Of a DNA stretch of 64,000 nt, positions 42,247 through 54,151 are shown one piece after another. The position numbers and the translations under genes were made by a program. The DNA lies in contig CAWDEM010000004.1 in NCBI GenBank assembly GCA_963801355.1, forward strand, positions 288,001 to 352,000. Direction: 5' to 3'. A model generated the notes under the pieces. The model made no database searches. It saw nothing but the letters and a program-made list of their open reading frames with translations, and had not been told where the DNA came from. The stretch is from Ignavibacteriota bacterium. GTDB lineage: Bacteria > Bacteroidota > Ignavibacteria > UBA10030 > UBA6906. Each line of letters starts with the position of its first letter. Within the stretch, counting starts at the first letter, position 1.

Positions 42247-42699
42247 ATGAAGACGTCAGTAGTGGTGATCGCGGTGCTTGCGCTGATGGTCATGGCAAGC
42301 ACGATGCTGGTGGCGGAAGAGTCGTCACGCACGTTGACCCCCGAACAATATGCGCGTGCCGAGGTGAATCTCCTGGCAGGATTGCAGTCGGACAACCAGG
42401 GAGTGCGTGAAGGGTCGGCGTATATGCTCGGCGAGCTGAAATCCAGCAAGGCAGTGATTCCTTTGATGGCAATGCTCAAAGGTAGTGGCGACGAGACCAG
42501 CCGTGTTGTGGCCGCTCTTGCGCTCACCCGGATTGGTGACGCGCGCGGGGTGTATGCGGTGAAGCGCGCTGCTACATTTGATGAGTCGCCGCAGGTCCAG
42601 CAGAAATGCGCCTTCTTCGTGAATGCCTATGCCCAGCCCGGAACGTTCCAGTTTGCCGTTGTGGGCACCGAGGGCGATCTCGAAATGGCTCACAAGTAA
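42247..42699 (+). CDS. Exported HEAT-repeat protein
   Basis: Signal peptide, HEAT-like repeats (VREGSAYMLGEL, RVVAALALTRIG); GGAGG RBS. Confidence 0.8.
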   Translation: MKTSVVVIAVLALMVMASTMLVAEESSRTLTPEQYARAEVNLLAGLQSDNQGVREGSAYMLGELKSSKAVIPLMAMLKGSGDETSRVVAALALTRIGDARGVYAVKRAATFDESPQVQQKCAFFVNAYAQPGTFQFAVVGTEGDLEMAHK

Positions 42700-42726
42700 G
42701 CGCTATTCCGCAGAGTCTCTCCGCAA

Positions 42727-42766
42727 GAGCGCGGGCGGGCGGCTGGAAAGTCGCCCGTTCGCGTTC
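42727..42766 (+). terminator. GC-rich hairpin after the HEAT-repeat gene
   Basis: Long stem with G-U pairs and a GGAA loop; poor U-tract. Confidence 0.4.
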
Positions 42767-42821
42767 CCCCCTTCCCCTCGCGTGTTTGAGTATTCCCTGA
42801 ATATCTCGTACATTGACCATT

Positions 42822-43166
42822 ATGGAGAATCTGTTCTACCGCAAGAAGAAGTCACCGTGGGATCTCCGCGAACCGTTACGGCGGCTTCTTCGGAACAAAC
42901 GCCTTCTGCTGGTACTTGCCGTTGCCACGCCTCTCGCGGGATACCTGCTTTTTGGCAGTCGCGGCATCATTCAGCGCGTCCGTCTGGAACATCAGAAAGT
43001 CGAGATGGAACAGCGCGTCCGCGATGCAGAAGCAGATGCCGACCGCCTGAAGAGAGAGTCGAAGGCGCTGGACAATGACCGCGCGGCCATTGAGCGTGTC
43101 GCACGCGAAAAACATGGCATGCTTCGCTCCGGCGAAACCGTGTACAGAACATCTCCGAACCGCTGA
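42822..43166 (+). CDS. Septum formation initiator (FtsB/DivIC family)
   Basis: TM helix, coiled coil, IERVAREKHGMLRSGETVY; TTGAGT-17-TACATT promoter 7 nt upstream. Confidence 0.88.
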   Translation: MENLFYRKKKSPWDLREPLRRLLRNKRLLLVLAVATPLAGYLLFGSRGIIQRVRLEHQKVEMEQRVRDAEADADRLKRESKALDNDRAAIERVAREKHGMLRSGETVYRTSPNR

Positions 43167-44482
43167 TGGACCTGTTTGCGGCAGACACCGACTCGGCGGG
43201 CGCACATGAGCATGTCCCGCTGGCCGAGCGCGCTCGCCCCCGGTCGTTGGCAGAATTTGTCGGACAGGAGCACCTTCTGGGCGAGGGGATGCCCCTCCGC
43301 ATTCTCATCGAGCGGGACCGTGTTCCTTCCCTGATACTCTGGGGTCCCCCCGGCAGCGGCAAGACCACACTTGCGCGCCTCATCGCACTGCATACCGACG
43401 CATCCTTTGTCCAGCTGAGTGCCGTTACCGCCGGCGTGAAGGATGTTCGCGCCATACTCGACCGCGCCGCGACAGCCCGGCGGCAGCGTCGCACCATTCT
43501 TTTCATTGACGAAATTCACCGCTTCAACAAAGCACAGCAGGATGCGCTCCTGCACAGCGTGGAAGAAGGTCTGGTGACGTTGATCGGCGCGACGACGGAG
43601 AATCCATCCTTCGAAGTCATCCCGCCGCTCCTCTCACGGTGCCGGGTGTACCTCCTGCATCCCCTTTCCGCGGATCATCTCAATGCGATCGTGGATTATG
43701 TTCTTGCCCACGATCCCGTGCTGCGCGATCGCCGGATTTCCGTTACGGACCGGGCACGGCTCCTGATGCTTTCCGGCGGAGACGCACGATCCCTCCTGAA
43801 CGGGTTGGAAACTGCGCTGCGCATCGCCGAACAGTCGGGGACGGAAGATATCCGGCTGGGCCGGGCCGAATTTGATGCCGCATTCCAGCAGAAGACGACC
43901 CGCTACGATAACGGCGGCGAAGAGCACTACACTATCATCTCCGCATTCATCAAGAGTGTGCGTGGAAGCGATCCGGACGCGGCGGTGTACTGGATGGCCC
44001 GGATGCTGGAGGGCGGCGAAGATCCCAAGTTCATCGCGCGGCGGATGATCGTACTGGCTTCGGAAGACATCGGCAACGCCGACCCCTACGGTATTACACT
44101 CGCGGTATCCACCTTTACCGCTGTCGACTATGTCGGGATGCCCGAAGCCCGGATCATTCTCTCCCAGTGCGCGACGTACCTTGCATCGGCGCCCAAAAGC
44201 AATGCAGCCTACAAGGCCATCAATGAAGCCCTGGAGGATGTGAAGTCCACCCAGGACGCGCCCGTCCCCCTCCACCTGCGCAACGCTCCCACCGGCTTGA
44301 TGCATGCGCTGGGATACGGGGTGGAGTACAAGTACAGCCACGACCATCCCGGCCACTTCGTTGAACAACAATACCTCCCGGAAGGATTCACGACAAAGAC
44401 GTACTACCGTCCCACAGACAACGGCCGTGAGAAAGACATGCGGGAACGGCTTAACCGCCTGTGGCCCGGGAGGAAGAGATGA
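43166..44482 (+). CDS. rarA: Replication-associated recombination protein A (RarA/MgsA)
   Basis: [48 protein letters not shown]. Confidence 0.95.
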   Translation: MDLFAADTDSAGAHEHVPLAERARPRSLAEFVGQEHLLGEGMPLRILIERDRVPSLILWGPPGSGKTTLARLIALHTDASFVQLSAVTAGVKDVRAILDRAATARRQRRTILFIDEIHRFNKAQQDALLHSVEEGLVTLIGATTENPSFEVIPPLLSRCRVYLLHPLSADHLNAIVDYVLAHDPVLRDRRISVTDRARLLMLSGGDARSLLNGLETALRIAEQSGTEDIRLGRAEFDAAFQQKTTRYDNGGEEHYTIISAFIKSVRGSDPDAAVYWMARMLEGGEDPKFIARRMIVLASEDIGNADPYGITLAVSTFTAVDYVGMPEARIILSQCATYLASAPKSNAAYKAINEALEDVKSTQDAPVPLHLRNAPTGLMHALGYGVEYKYSHDHPGHFVEQQYLPEGFTTKTYYRPTDNGREKDMRERLNRLWPGRKR

Positions 44483-47088
44483 GGGGCGTTCGGCGGGGTC
44501 TCGGCCTCCTTCTCGTGTTCATTCCCCTCTACGCAGAAGGGCAGACCGCGGTCCGTCTTGACACGGCGGCAGTCCCTCCCGGCAGTGCCCTTGTGCGGCG
44601 TGATTCCCTGTCGCGACCCGACAGCGCCGTCGTGCGCGTCGACTCCCTGGCCCGCTCATCTCCTTCGGGAGTCGATTCGATTGTCTCGTACACGGCGGTC
44701 GACTCGATTGTGTATGATATTGCGGCCCGGACGATGACGCTTCATGGCGAGGGTGCAATTGACTACAAGGAGCTCGGCCTCAAAGCCGCGCACATTGACA
44801 TCAACTGGAATACCGCCACCCTCCATGCCCGCGGTGTCCCCGACCCGGCCGACAGCACCGGGGTCCGCATCAAGGGCCTGCCCGATCTCAAGGACGGTGG
44901 CGAATCCTACCACGGGTCGACCGTATCCTACAACTTCCGCACAAAAAAAGGGAAGATCGATCTGGGGAAGACGGAGATCGAGAAAGGCCTCTACTACGGC
45001 AGCGAAATCAAGAAGGTCGAGCCGGATGTCCTGTTCGTGCAGAATGGCAAGTTTACCACATGTGACCTCGAGCATCCGCACTACTATTTCGGCAGTCCGG
45101 AGATGAAGCTCATCGTCCGTGATAAGATCATCGCACGGCCGATCTATCTCTATATCGCGGACGTACCGGTATTCGCACTCCCGTTCGGCGTGTTTCCCTC
45201 GGAACGGGGACGCCGTTCGGGCCTGATCGCACCAGCGTTCGGCGAAAGTGAACGCGGCCGGTACCTGCTGCATCTGGGATACTACTGGGCGATGAACGAC
45301 TACATGGACTGGAGTATACGGGCCGACGGCTATTCGAAGGGAAGCTACACGCTCTATTCGGAGTATCGCTACGGGCTGCGGTATTTGTTCAACGGGTCGT
45401 TAAGCGGATCATACGGACGCGTGGTCACCAGGGAGACGAGCGATCCCGATTTCACCGAAGACAAGGTATTCAACATTCATCTCGGCCACAATCAGGAATT
45501 CAACCCCACGACACGGCTTGTGGTGGACTTCACATTCACCAGCGGGTCGTTTTATCAACAGACCAGCAATGCACTGAACGACCTGCTGCGGCAGAATGTC
45601 ATCAGCAACGCGACCCTCACGAAGTACTGGGAGGGAACGCCGAACAGCTTGACCTTCAACGTGCGGCGCGACCAGAATCTGCAACCCGCTCCCGGCGGCA
45701 TCGAGCTGAGTGAGATCCTGCCGAGCATCAATTTCAATCACAGCCAGAGTTTCCCCTTCCGCTCCGGCAAGAGCAGCAGCGGGGGAGGGCAGTGGCGCTG
45801 GTTTGAACTGATCGGCCTTTCATACAGCGGCCAGTTTCTCAACACGCGCACGACCACGAACCTCGTTACGCACAAGGAGGTCGACGAGCGCCGCGGGGTA
45901 CAGCATACCATTACCACCAATGCCGCTCCCAAGATCGGCTACGTCACTCTTGCACCGTTCTTCAACTATACCGAGAAGTGGTACGACAAGCGGATTTCCA
46001 GAAGTTATGATGTGCAGGACAGTGCAGTGCACACGCAGGATGTGAAAGCGATCACCGCCGTGCGGTATTTTGACATGGGTGTTTCGGCTGCCACGAAATT
46101 CTTCGGCATTTTCCAGCCCGGCATCCTCGGCATCAAAGGCATCCGCCACCAGGTCACCCCCAGCGTGACATACACATACCAACCGGATTTCTCGCAGTCG
46201 CGCTACGGATACTATGGCAGGTACAACGATGCCGCGGGCACCGAACAGACATACAGCCTGTATGAACGCGAAGTGTTCGGCGGAGCTCCAGGCGAAGAGC
46301 GGCAAGCCGTCAGTCTCCGGATCGGCAATGTCTTTGAAATGAAGACCGCCGCTGACGACACATCGGACAGGGAGAACAAGTTCCAGCTTTTGAATCTGGA
46401 CCTTTCCACTTCGTACAATTTCGCCCGTGACAGCTTGAATTTCGATGAAGTCGGTGTGGGATTCCGGACGTCGATCGGGCAATTTTTGAACATCGGCGGG
46501 AGTGCGCGCTACAATCTCTATAAGTTCGTTCCGGACCCCGTCCGTCCCGGAACAGGACGGCGCGTGAACAAGTTTCTTCTGAGCGAAGGACGCTTCGCTG
46601 ATATGACGGGGTTCAACATCAGCGTCGGCACGAGATTCAGCGGAGAGAAGCGGCAGACTACGGCGGGGCCTGTGCTGAGTGCGGAGGATTCCCTCCGCGA
46701 AAAAGAGCGGAGCGGGTACAGGAACCTCTACGACGAAGAACCACCCGACTTCAGCATTCCCTGGAGTCTGGACCTCAACTGGAACTTCAGCCAGAGCCGG
46801 CCCGGCGATCCTTCGTTGATCTATCGCAGTTCAGGGCTCTCCGCATCGCTGGGATTCAATCTCACCGACAACTGGAAATTCACGGCCAGTGCGAACTACG
46901 ACCTGATCAACCGGCAATTCGCCGCGCCCCAGATCACAGTGTACCGGGACCTCCATTGCTGGGAAATGAACTTCTCGTGGGTACCAACGGGATACTACAG
47001 GAATTACCGGCTGGAAATACGTCTGAAAGCGCCCCAATTGCAGGATGTGAAGCTGACGAAACAGGCCAGCGGGAGGAACCTGTTCTAG
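44479..47088 (+). CDS. lptD: LPS-assembly protein LptD family (Bacteroidota/Chlorobi type)
   Basis: [20 protein letters not shown], large beta-barrel region, RDLHCWEM. Confidence 0.85.
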   Translation: MRGVRRGLGLLLVFIPLYAEGQTAVRLDTAAVPPGSALVRRDSLSRPDSAVVRVDSLARSSPSGVDSIVSYTAVDSIVYDIAARTMTLHGEGAIDYKELGLKAAHIDINWNTATLHARGVPDPADSTGVRIKGLPDLKDGGESYHGSTVSYNFRTKKGKIDLGKTEIEKGLYYGSEIKKVEPDVLFVQNGKFTTCDLEHPHYYFGSPEMKLIVRDKIIARPIYLYIADVPVFALPFGVFPSERGRRSGLIAPAFGESERGRYLLHLGYYWAMNDYMDWSIRADGYSKGSYTLYSEYRYGLRYLFNGSLSGSYGRVVTRETSDPDFTEDKVFNIHLGHNQEFNPTTRLVVDFTFTSGSFYQQTSNALNDLLRQNVISNATLTKYWEGTPNSLTFNVRRDQNLQPAPGGIELSEILPSINFNHSQSFPFRSGKSSSGGGQWRWFELIGLSYSGQFLNTRTTTNLVTHKEVDERRGVQHTITTNAAPKIGYVTLAPFFNYTEKWYDKRISRSYDVQDSAVHTQDVKAITAVRYFDMGVSAATKFFGIFQPGILGIKGIRHQVTPSVTYTYQPDFSQSRYGYYGRYNDAAGTEQTYSLYEREVFGGAPGEERQAVSLRIGNVFEMKTAADDTSDRENKFQLLNLDLSTSYNFARDSLNFDEVGVGFRTSIGQFLNIGGSARYNLYKFVPDPVRPGTGRRVNKFLLSEGRFADMTGFNISVGTRFSGEKRQTTAGPVLSAEDSLREKERSGYRNLYDEEPPDFSIPWSLDLNWNFSQSRPGDPSLIYRSSGLSASLGFNLTDNWKFTASANYDLINRQFAAPQITVYRDLHCWEMNFSWVPTGYYRNYRLEIRLKAPQLQDVKLTKQASGRNLF

Positions 47089-48344
47089 GCGGTTTGCTTC
47101 CTCTCCTCGTACCTGTATACCGGCTCTTTTTTCCGCAGGATCACATCCCGGGTGATCGTACAGCCCGTCACGCCCTGTTTGTCGGGGAGCGTGTACATGA
47201 CCTCGGTCATGACCTCTTCGAGGATTGACCGGAGCGCACGCGCCCCGGTACCCCGCTCCATCGCTTTCTGGACGACGGTCTTCAGGGCGGCCTCCTCGAA
47301 CACCAGATCGACACCTTCCATTCTGAACAGGCGTGCATACTGCTTGACGATGGCGTTTTTGGGGCCCGTCAGAATGTTCAGCAGGGCATCCTCACCCAGC
47401 GACTGCATTGCACTGACCAGCGGCAGGCGGCCGACAAACTCCGGAATCATGCCGTACTTGATCAGATCTTCGGGCTGCACCATCCGAAGGTACTCGTCGG
47501 ACTGCACGTCCTTCTTGCCGCGGATGTCGGCGCCGAATCCCATCGGGTTGCGGTTCACCCGGCGCGCAACAATCTTGGAGAGCCCTTCGAAGGCTCCGCC
47601 GCAGATGAACAGGATATTGCGGGTGTTAATGTTGATCAGGCTCTGCTCGGGATGCTTGCGTCCGCCTTTCGGTGGAACCCCCGCCACAGTGCCTTCCAGG
47701 ATCTTCAGGAGCGCTTGTTGTACGCCTTCGCCCGACACATCCCGGGTAATGGACGCGCTTTCACTCTTGCGCGCGATCTTGTCGATTTCGTCGATATACA
47801 CAATCCCGCGTTCCGCCTTCTCCACGTTGTACTCGGCGTTCTGCAGGAGGTGCACCAGAATCGTCTCGACGTCGTCGCCCACGTAGCCCGCTTCGGTCAG
47901 CGTGGTGGCATCGGCAATGGCGAACGGGAGGTCGAGGATCTTCGCCAGCGTTTGTGCGAGGAGAGTCTTGCCGGTGCCGGTCGGACCTATCAGCAGGATG
48001 TTGGTCTTCTCAATTTCCACTTCATCCAGTTCAAAGAGGTGGTCCCGGGCATCGATGCGCTTATAGTGATTGTACACCGCGACCGCGAGCGCGCGCTTCG
48101 CGTGCTCCTGCCCGATGACGTATTCGTCGAGGGCTGCTTTGATCTGGGTCGGCACAAGGCTCGCGCGCGGGCCGCGTTTTGCTGTAAATGCTGCAAGATT
48201 GTTCCGGATAATGTCTACCGAGCTTGCAACGCAGATGTCACAGATGTAGACATCGGGGCCTGCAATGATGCTCTGCACCTCTTCCGGGGTGCGGTTGCAG
48301 AAGGAACAATGGATCTTGTCGCCGTTACGAGTGCGTTGGGTCAT
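47085..48344 (-). CDS. clpX: ATP-dependent Clp protease ATP-binding subunit
   Basis: CSFC...ICDIC zinc finger, [24 protein letters not shown]. Confidence 0.97.
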   Translation of the reverse strand: MTQRTRNGDKIHCSFCNRTPEEVQSIIAGPDVYICDICVASSVDIIRNNLAAFTAKRGPRASLVPTQIKAALDEYVIGQEHAKRALAVAVYNHYKRIDARDHLFELDEVEIEKTNILLIGPTGTGKTLLAQTLAKILDLPFAIADATTLTEAGYVGDDVETILVHLLQNAEYNVEKAERGIVYIDEIDKIARKSESASITRDVSGEGVQQALLKILEGTVAGVPPKGGRKHPEQSLININTRNILFICGGAFEGLSKIVARRVNRNPMGFGADIRGKKDVQSDEYLRMVQPEDLIKYGMIPEFVGRLPLVSAMQSLGEDALLNILTGPKNAIVKQYARLFRMEGVDLVFEEAALKTVVQKAMERGTGARALRSILEEVMTEVMYTLPDKQGVTGCTITRDVILRKKEPVYRYEERKQTA

Positions 48345-48362
48345 GGGGGTGTCGCCGAAGCA

Positions 48363-48983
48363 CTATTTTTTTGCTTCGCGCTCCTTCTTGACGTAAACGT
48401 TGTCGATCAAACCATACGCTTTGGCATCTTCCGACGACATGTACCGGTCGCGGTCCGTGTCCTTCTCCAGGCTTTCGAGCGGCCGGCCGCAATGATGGGC
48501 CAGGATTTCATTGAGACGCCGCTTTGTCCGCAGTATCTCTTCCGCCTGAATGCTGATGTCGGACGCGGTTCCCTGTACGCCACCCCAGGGCTGATGGATC
48601 ATGATGCGCGAGTTGGGAAGTGCGGAGCGCTTCCCCTTGGTCCCTCCGGCAAGCAACACCGCCCCCATGCTGGCCGCAAGGCCGATGCAGATGGTGGACA
48701 CATCCGGACGGATGTACTGCATGGTATCGTAGATTGCCAGTCCGGAGGAGACGCTGCCGCCGGGACTGTTGATATACACGTTGATGTCCTTTTCGGGATC
48801 TTCCGATTCCAGGAACAGCAGCTGTGCTATGATCAGGCTCGCGACCGTGTCATCAATCGGCGTGCCGATGAACACGATCCGTTCCTTCAGCAAGCGTGAG
48901 AAGATGTCATAGGCGCGCTCGCCCCGGCCGGTCTGTTCGACGACCATAGGAATCAATTGGGCGCGGATATCGGGGATGTGCAT
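48363..48983 (-). CDS. clpP: Clp protease proteolytic subunit
   Basis: [28 protein letters not shown]. Confidence 0.97.
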   Translation of the reverse strand: MHIPDIRAQLIPMVVEQTGRGERAYDIFSRLLKERIVFIGTPIDDTVASLIIAQLLFLESEDPEKDINVYINSPGGSVSSGLAIYDTMQYIRPDVSTICIGLAASMGAVLLAGGTKGKRSALPNSRIMIHQPWGGVQGTASDISIQAEEILRTKRRLNEILAHHCGRPLESLEKDTDRDRYMSSEDAKAYGLIDNVYVKKEREAKK

Positions 48984-48999
48984 TGGATCTCCTTGTTCA

Positions 49000-50274
49000 T
49001 CAATGCTGAGGTTCTGTCACGATCTTGTCGGTGATCCGGGCGTGATCCTTGAGGAAGGCCGCGATCTTGTTCGTCAGCAGACGGTCCCGGATCGCCTCGG
49101 AAGTCTTCACATGCGGAAGAAGTTTTTCCTTGGTCAATCCGCTCCGGGCGGCTTCATCGTCGGCGACCTTTTCCAGATCCGCCTCTGTCACCTCAATGTG
49201 CTCTGTTTCTGCGATGCGTTCTTTAATGAGCATCCACTTTGCCTGCCATACGGCATACACGCGTCGTTCCTCGCGGAACTTCTTGTCGTCGAAGCCCGCC
49301 GGTAACTGCCGGTCGCGGGAACGGTTGCGGAGCTCCTCCACGTACGAATCCAGAATGCCCTCCACCAGGGCGTCCGGAACGCTGAATTCATGCCGGCGGA
49401 CAATTTCCGAAGCGATATCGTCGGCCACCTTGGCCTCCGTGCGTTCCGTCCAGTACCGCTCCAGATCGGCGCGGATCGAAGCACGGAACTCCTCGGGCGA
49501 ACTCACCTTGTCCCGGGTCACCTTCCGTACTAACGCTTCATCATAGGGTGGAAGTTCGACCTTGTCTATTTTTTTTGCCGTAATGGCGATGTGGACGTCA
49601 TGGGCGTGGTCATCGTGCTGCGTCGTGTATTTTGTCTTGACCTCTTCGTGCACTTTGATGTTCCGCAACGCTCCCTTGATTTCCGGGGTGAGCGAGGCAT
49701 CGGAGAGGTAGAAACGCACGCCCGCCGACTTCTTGCCGATCAGAGGCGTACCCGCGTCGTCGAGTTCCTGCACATCCGCGGTGACGACGTACTCATCGTC
49801 GGCGGCAAGGTCCGCAGGTATCATCGTGCTGTGCACTTTACGCAGCTGCAGGAGCTCATCCTCCACCTCCGCATCGGTCACCGGGTGCACGGGCCGCTCC
49901 ACTGCGATGCCTTTGTACGCCTTCAGATCGACCACGGGTTTGACTTCATACTTGATTTTGAAGCGGAAGTGTTCGCCGCGTTTGAAGTCCATGTCCGTCA
50001 TTGACGGAGTTCCCACCGGGTGGATGTTCCGCTCTTCCATGGCTGCATGGTAGGCATCGTTCGCGATGTCATCAAGAGACTCGTGCTCGATTGCCTCACC
50101 GTACAGTTTCTTGATCATCTCCAGCGGTGCTTTGCCCTTCCGGAAGCCCCGCAATTCTGCCTTGGCTCGATACTTTGCGTAGGCCTTGTCAAACGACGGT
50201 TGAAGCTCTTCGCTCGTGAGCTGGAATTCCGCTTCGTGTTGTACGTCGGAGTGGTTTGTGATTGTTACCTGCAC
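49000..50274 (-). CDS. tig: Trigger factor
   Basis: GFRKGKAP ribosome-binding motif; tig-clpP-clpX synteny. Confidence 0.95.
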   Translation of the reverse strand: MQVTITNHSDVQHEAEFQLTSEELQPSFDKAYAKYRAKAELRGFRKGKAPLEMIKKLYGEAIEHESLDDIANDAYHAAMEERNIHPVGTPSMTDMDFKRGEHFRFKIKYEVKPVVDLKAYKGIAVERPVHPVTDAEVEDELLQLRKVHSTMIPADLAADDEYVVTADVQELDDAGTPLIGKKSAGVRFYLSDASLTPEIKGALRNIKVHEEVKTKYTTQHDDHAHDVHIAITAKKIDKVELPPYDEALVRKVTRDKVSSPEEFRASIRADLERYWTERTEAKVADDIASEIVRRHEFSVPDALVEGILDSYVEELRNRSRDRQLPAGFDDKKFREERRVYAVWQAKWMLIKERIAETEHIEVTEADLEKVADDEAARSGLTKEKLLPHVKTSEAIRDRLLTNKIAAFLKDHARITDKIVTEPQH

Positions 50275-50365
50275 CAGAAGATTCCTCGAATGATGGTGGT
50301 GTCATGATGCGCTGAGGTGAACGTCAAGGCACACCTACAAGGCCTGCTCGCCCGCAAGATCGTTG

Positions 50366-50447
50366 TGGGCATAGGGGGACTCGAACCCTCACGGATTGCT
50401 CCACTAGATCCTAAGTCTAGCGCGTCTGCCAATTTCGCCATATGCCC
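50366..50447 (-). tRNA. tRNA-Leu(TAG)
   Basis: GGGCATA acceptor, CTAGA-CTTAGGA-TCTAG anticodon arm, long variable arm, GGTTCGAGTCC; upstream TTGGAA-17-TACATT. Confidence 0.96.
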
Positions 50448-50525
50448 GATCGCACGATAGCGACGGTCGTCATTCAACACGTAACAGGTAATGTAGGGAA
50501 AAAAGGCGTGACTTCCAAAGTGCCG

Positions 50526-52262
50526 TCAGGGGTTCGCCACCGGCGGGTGCGGGAGCATAAGCCGGAAGGTGGAGCCCTGACCCGGCGAAGAGGAGACATC
50601 GACGGTACCGCCGTGGTCTTCCATGATTCTCTTTACAATAGAGAGGCCCAGGCCCGTGCCGTGCTTTTTGCCGTGGGAGAAGAATGGTTCAAAGAGGTGC
50701 CGGCGGACCTCGTCGGGGATACCCGGACCTGTATCGTGGACCTCCACGGCGATTCCGCCTTCCAGGTTCTCCGTGCGGATGGTGACCGTGCCCCCCTGGG
50801 GCATCGCATCGGCAGCGTTGCTGACGAGATTGGTGAGCACCCGGGCGAACTTCACTGCATCCAGGAGCGCCATACCGTCGTATCCGTACGAGCGGCGGAG
50901 CGCAATGTTCCGGCTGGTGAGGTCGGTCTCGAGAAACGGGAGAATCTGTTCCATCGCCTCCGGGAGACGCACGCTGGTGAGCACGGTTGTGGAAGTCCCG
51001 CGGCTGAATTCCAGGATCTCCCGTACCATTGCCGAAAGCCGGTCTACCTGAAGAATCATCTGTTCGGCCATGTGCGCAGCGTCGGCGGAATCGGACTTCT
51101 TTTTGATCGCGCCTGCATACAACCGCATGGTCGCCATCGGGTTCGTGATGTCATGCAGTATCGTGGCCGCCATGCGTCCCACCGCACTCAAGCGTTCATT
51201 GTGGATCATGTCCTGTGCGAGCCGCGCATTCTCGACGGCAATTGCCGCGTGCACCGAGAGTGCATCGATGAACGATTCATCTTCCGGTCCGAAATGACCC
51301 GTGCGCTTGTTGAGAAGCTGGAACACGCCGATGATGTTGCCGTCACGGTTGCGCATGGGCATGCACAGCACCGTATGTGTCGTGTACCCGCTCTTGTGGT
51401 CGATGTCCGGGCTGAAGCGAGGATCACGGTACGCATCGGTGATATTGACCGTTTCTCCCGTCCGTGCGACATACCCGGCGAGTCCCTTCCCGAGGGGCAG
51501 GCGGATTTCCGATATTCCGTCGCCCTGCGCAACCATCGACCAGAGCTCATCGGCTTTCTGATCCACCAGATACACCGTGCCGCGGTCCGCGGTAATGGTG
51601 CGCGTCGCCACATCAAGAATAAGCGCAAGAACCGTCCCGAGGTCGAGGGCTGAATTCACAATCTTACTTGCTTCGATGAGGATCGTCAGGCGGTCCATCC
51701 GGTTCCGGGACGCCAGAATATTCCGCCCCAGCTCCATGACAAAGTTTTGATCCATTGACCGGAGACGGAGGGCGAGGTTGTTGAGCAGGTTGAAGGCAAT
51801 CTGGCTGTGATCGTGGACCAGGTCGTGATAGTTGTCGACACTGAGAACGAGGATTTCGCATGCATCCAGAGCTTCCGCCCGGGCGGAGCGGGGAAGGCCG
51901 TCGATGAGCGACAATTCACCGAAGAAATCACCGGGGTGAAGCACCGCAAGCAACGATTCGACGCCGAATTTCGTATATTTCTTTATCCGGACTCGCCCGC
52001 TGGCGATCAATAACAGATCGCGTCCTTTGGAATACTCGTCAAAGATAAGATCACCGGCATCGAAGTGGCGCTGCGTAAACCGATGACGGCAACGGCGCAC
52101 GATGGCGGGATCGACATCACGGAAGAGGATATTCTGTTGCAGGATCTCGATGAAGGTCTGCGATGCAGGGGGCTTCCGCCGCACCGCCCGGCGTCGCGGA
52201 CTCCCGGCTTTGGTCTTTGCCGGGGCTTTGGGTTTGGACTTTGCAGTGCGTCGCGCGTTCAT
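50526..52262 (-). CDS. Cytoplasmic histidine kinase with cNMP-binding and GAF domains
   Basis: FFGELSLIDGLPRSA (cNMP domain), GAF (DAYRDPRF...LLNK...F), HDITNP, NAADA, GTGLGL. Confidence 0.9.
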   Translation of the reverse strand: MNARRTAKSKPKAPAKTKAGSPRRRAVRRKPPASQTFIEILQQNILFRDVDPAIVRRCRHRFTQRHFDAGDLIFDEYSKGRDLLLIASGRVRIKKYTKFGVESLLAVLHPGDFFGELSLIDGLPRSARAEALDACEILVLSVDNYHDLVHDHSQIAFNLLNNLALRLRSMDQNFVMELGRNILASRNRMDRLTILIEASKIVNSALDLGTVLALILDVATRTITADRGTVYLVDQKADELWSMVAQGDGISEIRLPLGKGLAGYVARTGETVNITDAYRDPRFSPDIDHKSGYTTHTVLCMPMRNRDGNIIGVFQLLNKRTGHFGPEDESFIDALSVHAAIAVENARLAQDMIHNERLSAVGRMAATILHDITNPMATMRLYAGAIKKKSDSADAAHMAEQMILQVDRLSAMVREILEFSRGTSTTVLTSVRLPEAMEQILPFLETDLTSRNIALRRSYGYDGMALLDAVKFARVLTNLVSNAADAMPQGGTVTIRTENLEGGIAVEVHDTGPGIPDEVRRHLFEPFFSHGKKHGTGLGLSIVKRIMEDHGGTVDVSSSPGQGSTFRLMLPHPPVANP

Positions 52263-52361
52263 ATGAAGACCGGACGGGTCACTTGGGCGGTGGATTTCGG
52301 TGAATGATAGCCAAACCGTATGCCAGAGTCAAGCCACATCCGAACAACTCCGACACACCTT

Positions 52362-53282
52362 ATGGATGATGCCATTGTCCTCAGGACAACCGGACTCGCG
52401 AAACGTTTCGGACGTCGATGGGCAGTCAGGAACCTCGACCTGAGTGTCCGACGGGGAGAAGTCTTCGGCTTTCTCGGCCCGAACGGTGCAGGAAAAAGCA
52501 CGACGATCCGGATGCTGCTCTCACTTGTCCGCCCGACTGAAGGCCGGGTGGAGCTCTTCGGCAATCGCCTGACGCGGCGACAGCGGAGCGGGCTCCGGAA
52601 GATCGGTGGGCTTGTGGAGCGGCCTGACTTCTATCTCTACCTGACGGCCCGCCGGAATCTCGAGATCGTTGCCGGCGTGCGGGGGGATGGCTCGGCCTCC
52701 GATATCGACCGCGTGCTCGACACCGTGGGTCTTACTTCCCGTGCACACGACAAAGTCAAGACCTACTCCCATGGTATGAAACAGAGGCTCGGCATCGCGC
52801 AGGCTCTGCTCGGGGCGCCGGAGCTGATCATCCTGGACGAACCCACCTCCGGTCTGGATCCCCAGGGAATCAAGGAAGTCCGTGAACTCATCCGGCAGCT
52901 CTCCCGCGAAGGCCGGATGACGATCTTTCTTTCGTCGCACCTGCTGAGCGAGATCGAACAGATCGCCACAAGCATGGCGATTATTAATCAGGGCCGGCTG
53001 GTGGTGCAGGGACGGGTGGCGGATTTGCTGGAAGCGGGTGACAATGTCGTCCGCATCGAAACACCCATGAGAGACCGAGCACTGGCGGTGATCGCATCGT
53101 CGGGCCTCGCAACCACCGCACACGCGGTGGGACCGGCGATTGAGTGCTCGATGTCGCGCGACCGTGTCGGCGAATTGAACCGGCTTCTCGTTCTCGAAAA
53201 TATCCCCGTCCTTGCGCTGGTGCCGAAGCGATCTCTGGAAGAGTACTTCCTCTCCATCACCGAGGGAGGGAGCGAACTATGA
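52362..53282 (+). CDS. ABC-2 type transporter ATP-binding protein
   Basis: GPNGAGKST, YSHGMKQRL, LDEPT, SSH. Confidence 0.93.
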   Translation: MDDAIVLRTTGLAKRFGRRWAVRNLDLSVRRGEVFGFLGPNGAGKSTTIRMLLSLVRPTEGRVELFGNRLTRRQRSGLRKIGGLVERPDFYLYLTARRNLEIVAGVRGDGSASDIDRVLDTVGLTSRAHDKVKTYSHGMKQRLGIAQALLGAPELIILDEPTSGLDPQGIKEVRELIRQLSREGRMTIFLSSHLLSEIEQIATSMAIINQGRLVVQGRVADLLEAGDNVVRIETPMRDRALAVIASSGLATTAHAVGPAIECSMSRDRVGELNRLLVLENIPVLALVPKRSLEEYFLSITEGGSEL

Positions 53283-54115
53283 AGACCATTCTTGGCAACG
53301 AGATTCTCAAGACGGGATTGAAGTGGCGTTCCTACATCTCCTTTCTGGCGATTGCCATCGTTGTCCCGCTGGTGGAAGTCGCGCTCAAGCTGCAGGGAAC
53401 GTCCTGGGAACGCAGCATCACCCGCGGCTTTTCGCAGGACTTTGTCATTCTCGGGAACATCCTGAACGGATACTTCATCACGCACGTGATCATGAATGCG
53501 CTGTGGATTCACGTGCCCATCCTGGTGGCCCTGGGGGCCGGCGACCAGCTCGCAGGTGAGGCAACCGGCGGCACATTCCGTCTGTTGCTAACGCGGCCCG
53601 CCTCGCGCAGCCGCATCCTCGCGGCAAAGTACGCCACCTCCCTGTTGTATGCGCTGGCGCTGGTGGCCTTCATGGCCGTGCTCACCCTGAGTCTGGGTGT
53701 GCTGCTCTTTGGCACGGGCGATCTTCTGATTACCGGGCGCACGTTTACAGTGCTCGCGGAGCACGAGGTGCTCTGGCGTATTGTGGTGGCATTTGCGCTT
53801 GCTGCGTGGGGCATGTGGACTGTTGCGTCGCTGGCATTCCTGTTTTCCTCACTGGTGGAGAACGGCATCGGACCGCTGATCGGCACGATGGCGGTAATCA
53901 TCGTGTTCTTCATCATTGGCAATGTGCCGGCGGACCTCTTCACGGCCATCAAACCCTATTTGTTCACCTCCTACCTTGATCTCTGGCAGAAGATGTTCGA
54001 AGACCCGATCCCCTGGAAGAGCGTGCTGCATTCGGTGTATGTGCTCGGCGGCTTCAGCATTGGTTTTTACGCCATCACTTGGTATATTTTTCTGCAGAAA
54101 GACATCCTGAGCTGA
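53279..54115 (+). CDS. ABC-2 type transporter permease
   Basis: 6 TM helices, AGEATGGTFRLLLTRPASR; ATGA overlap with the ATPase gene. Confidence 0.9.
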   Translation: MKTILGNEILKTGLKWRSYISFLAIAIVVPLVEVALKLQGTSWERSITRGFSQDFVILGNILNGYFITHVIMNALWIHVPILVALGAGDQLAGEATGGTFRLLLTRPASRSRILAAKYATSLLYALALVAFMAVLTLSLGVLLFGTGDLLITGRTFTVLAEHEVLWRIVVAFALAAWGMWTVASLAFLFSSLVENGIGPLIGTMAVIIVFFIIGNVPADLFTAIKPYLFTSYLDLWQKMFEDPIPWKSVLHSVYVLGGFSIGFYAITWYIFLQKDILS

Positions 54116-54151
54116 CCCAACGACCCTCATTACCGTAAGGACCTTCCCCTC

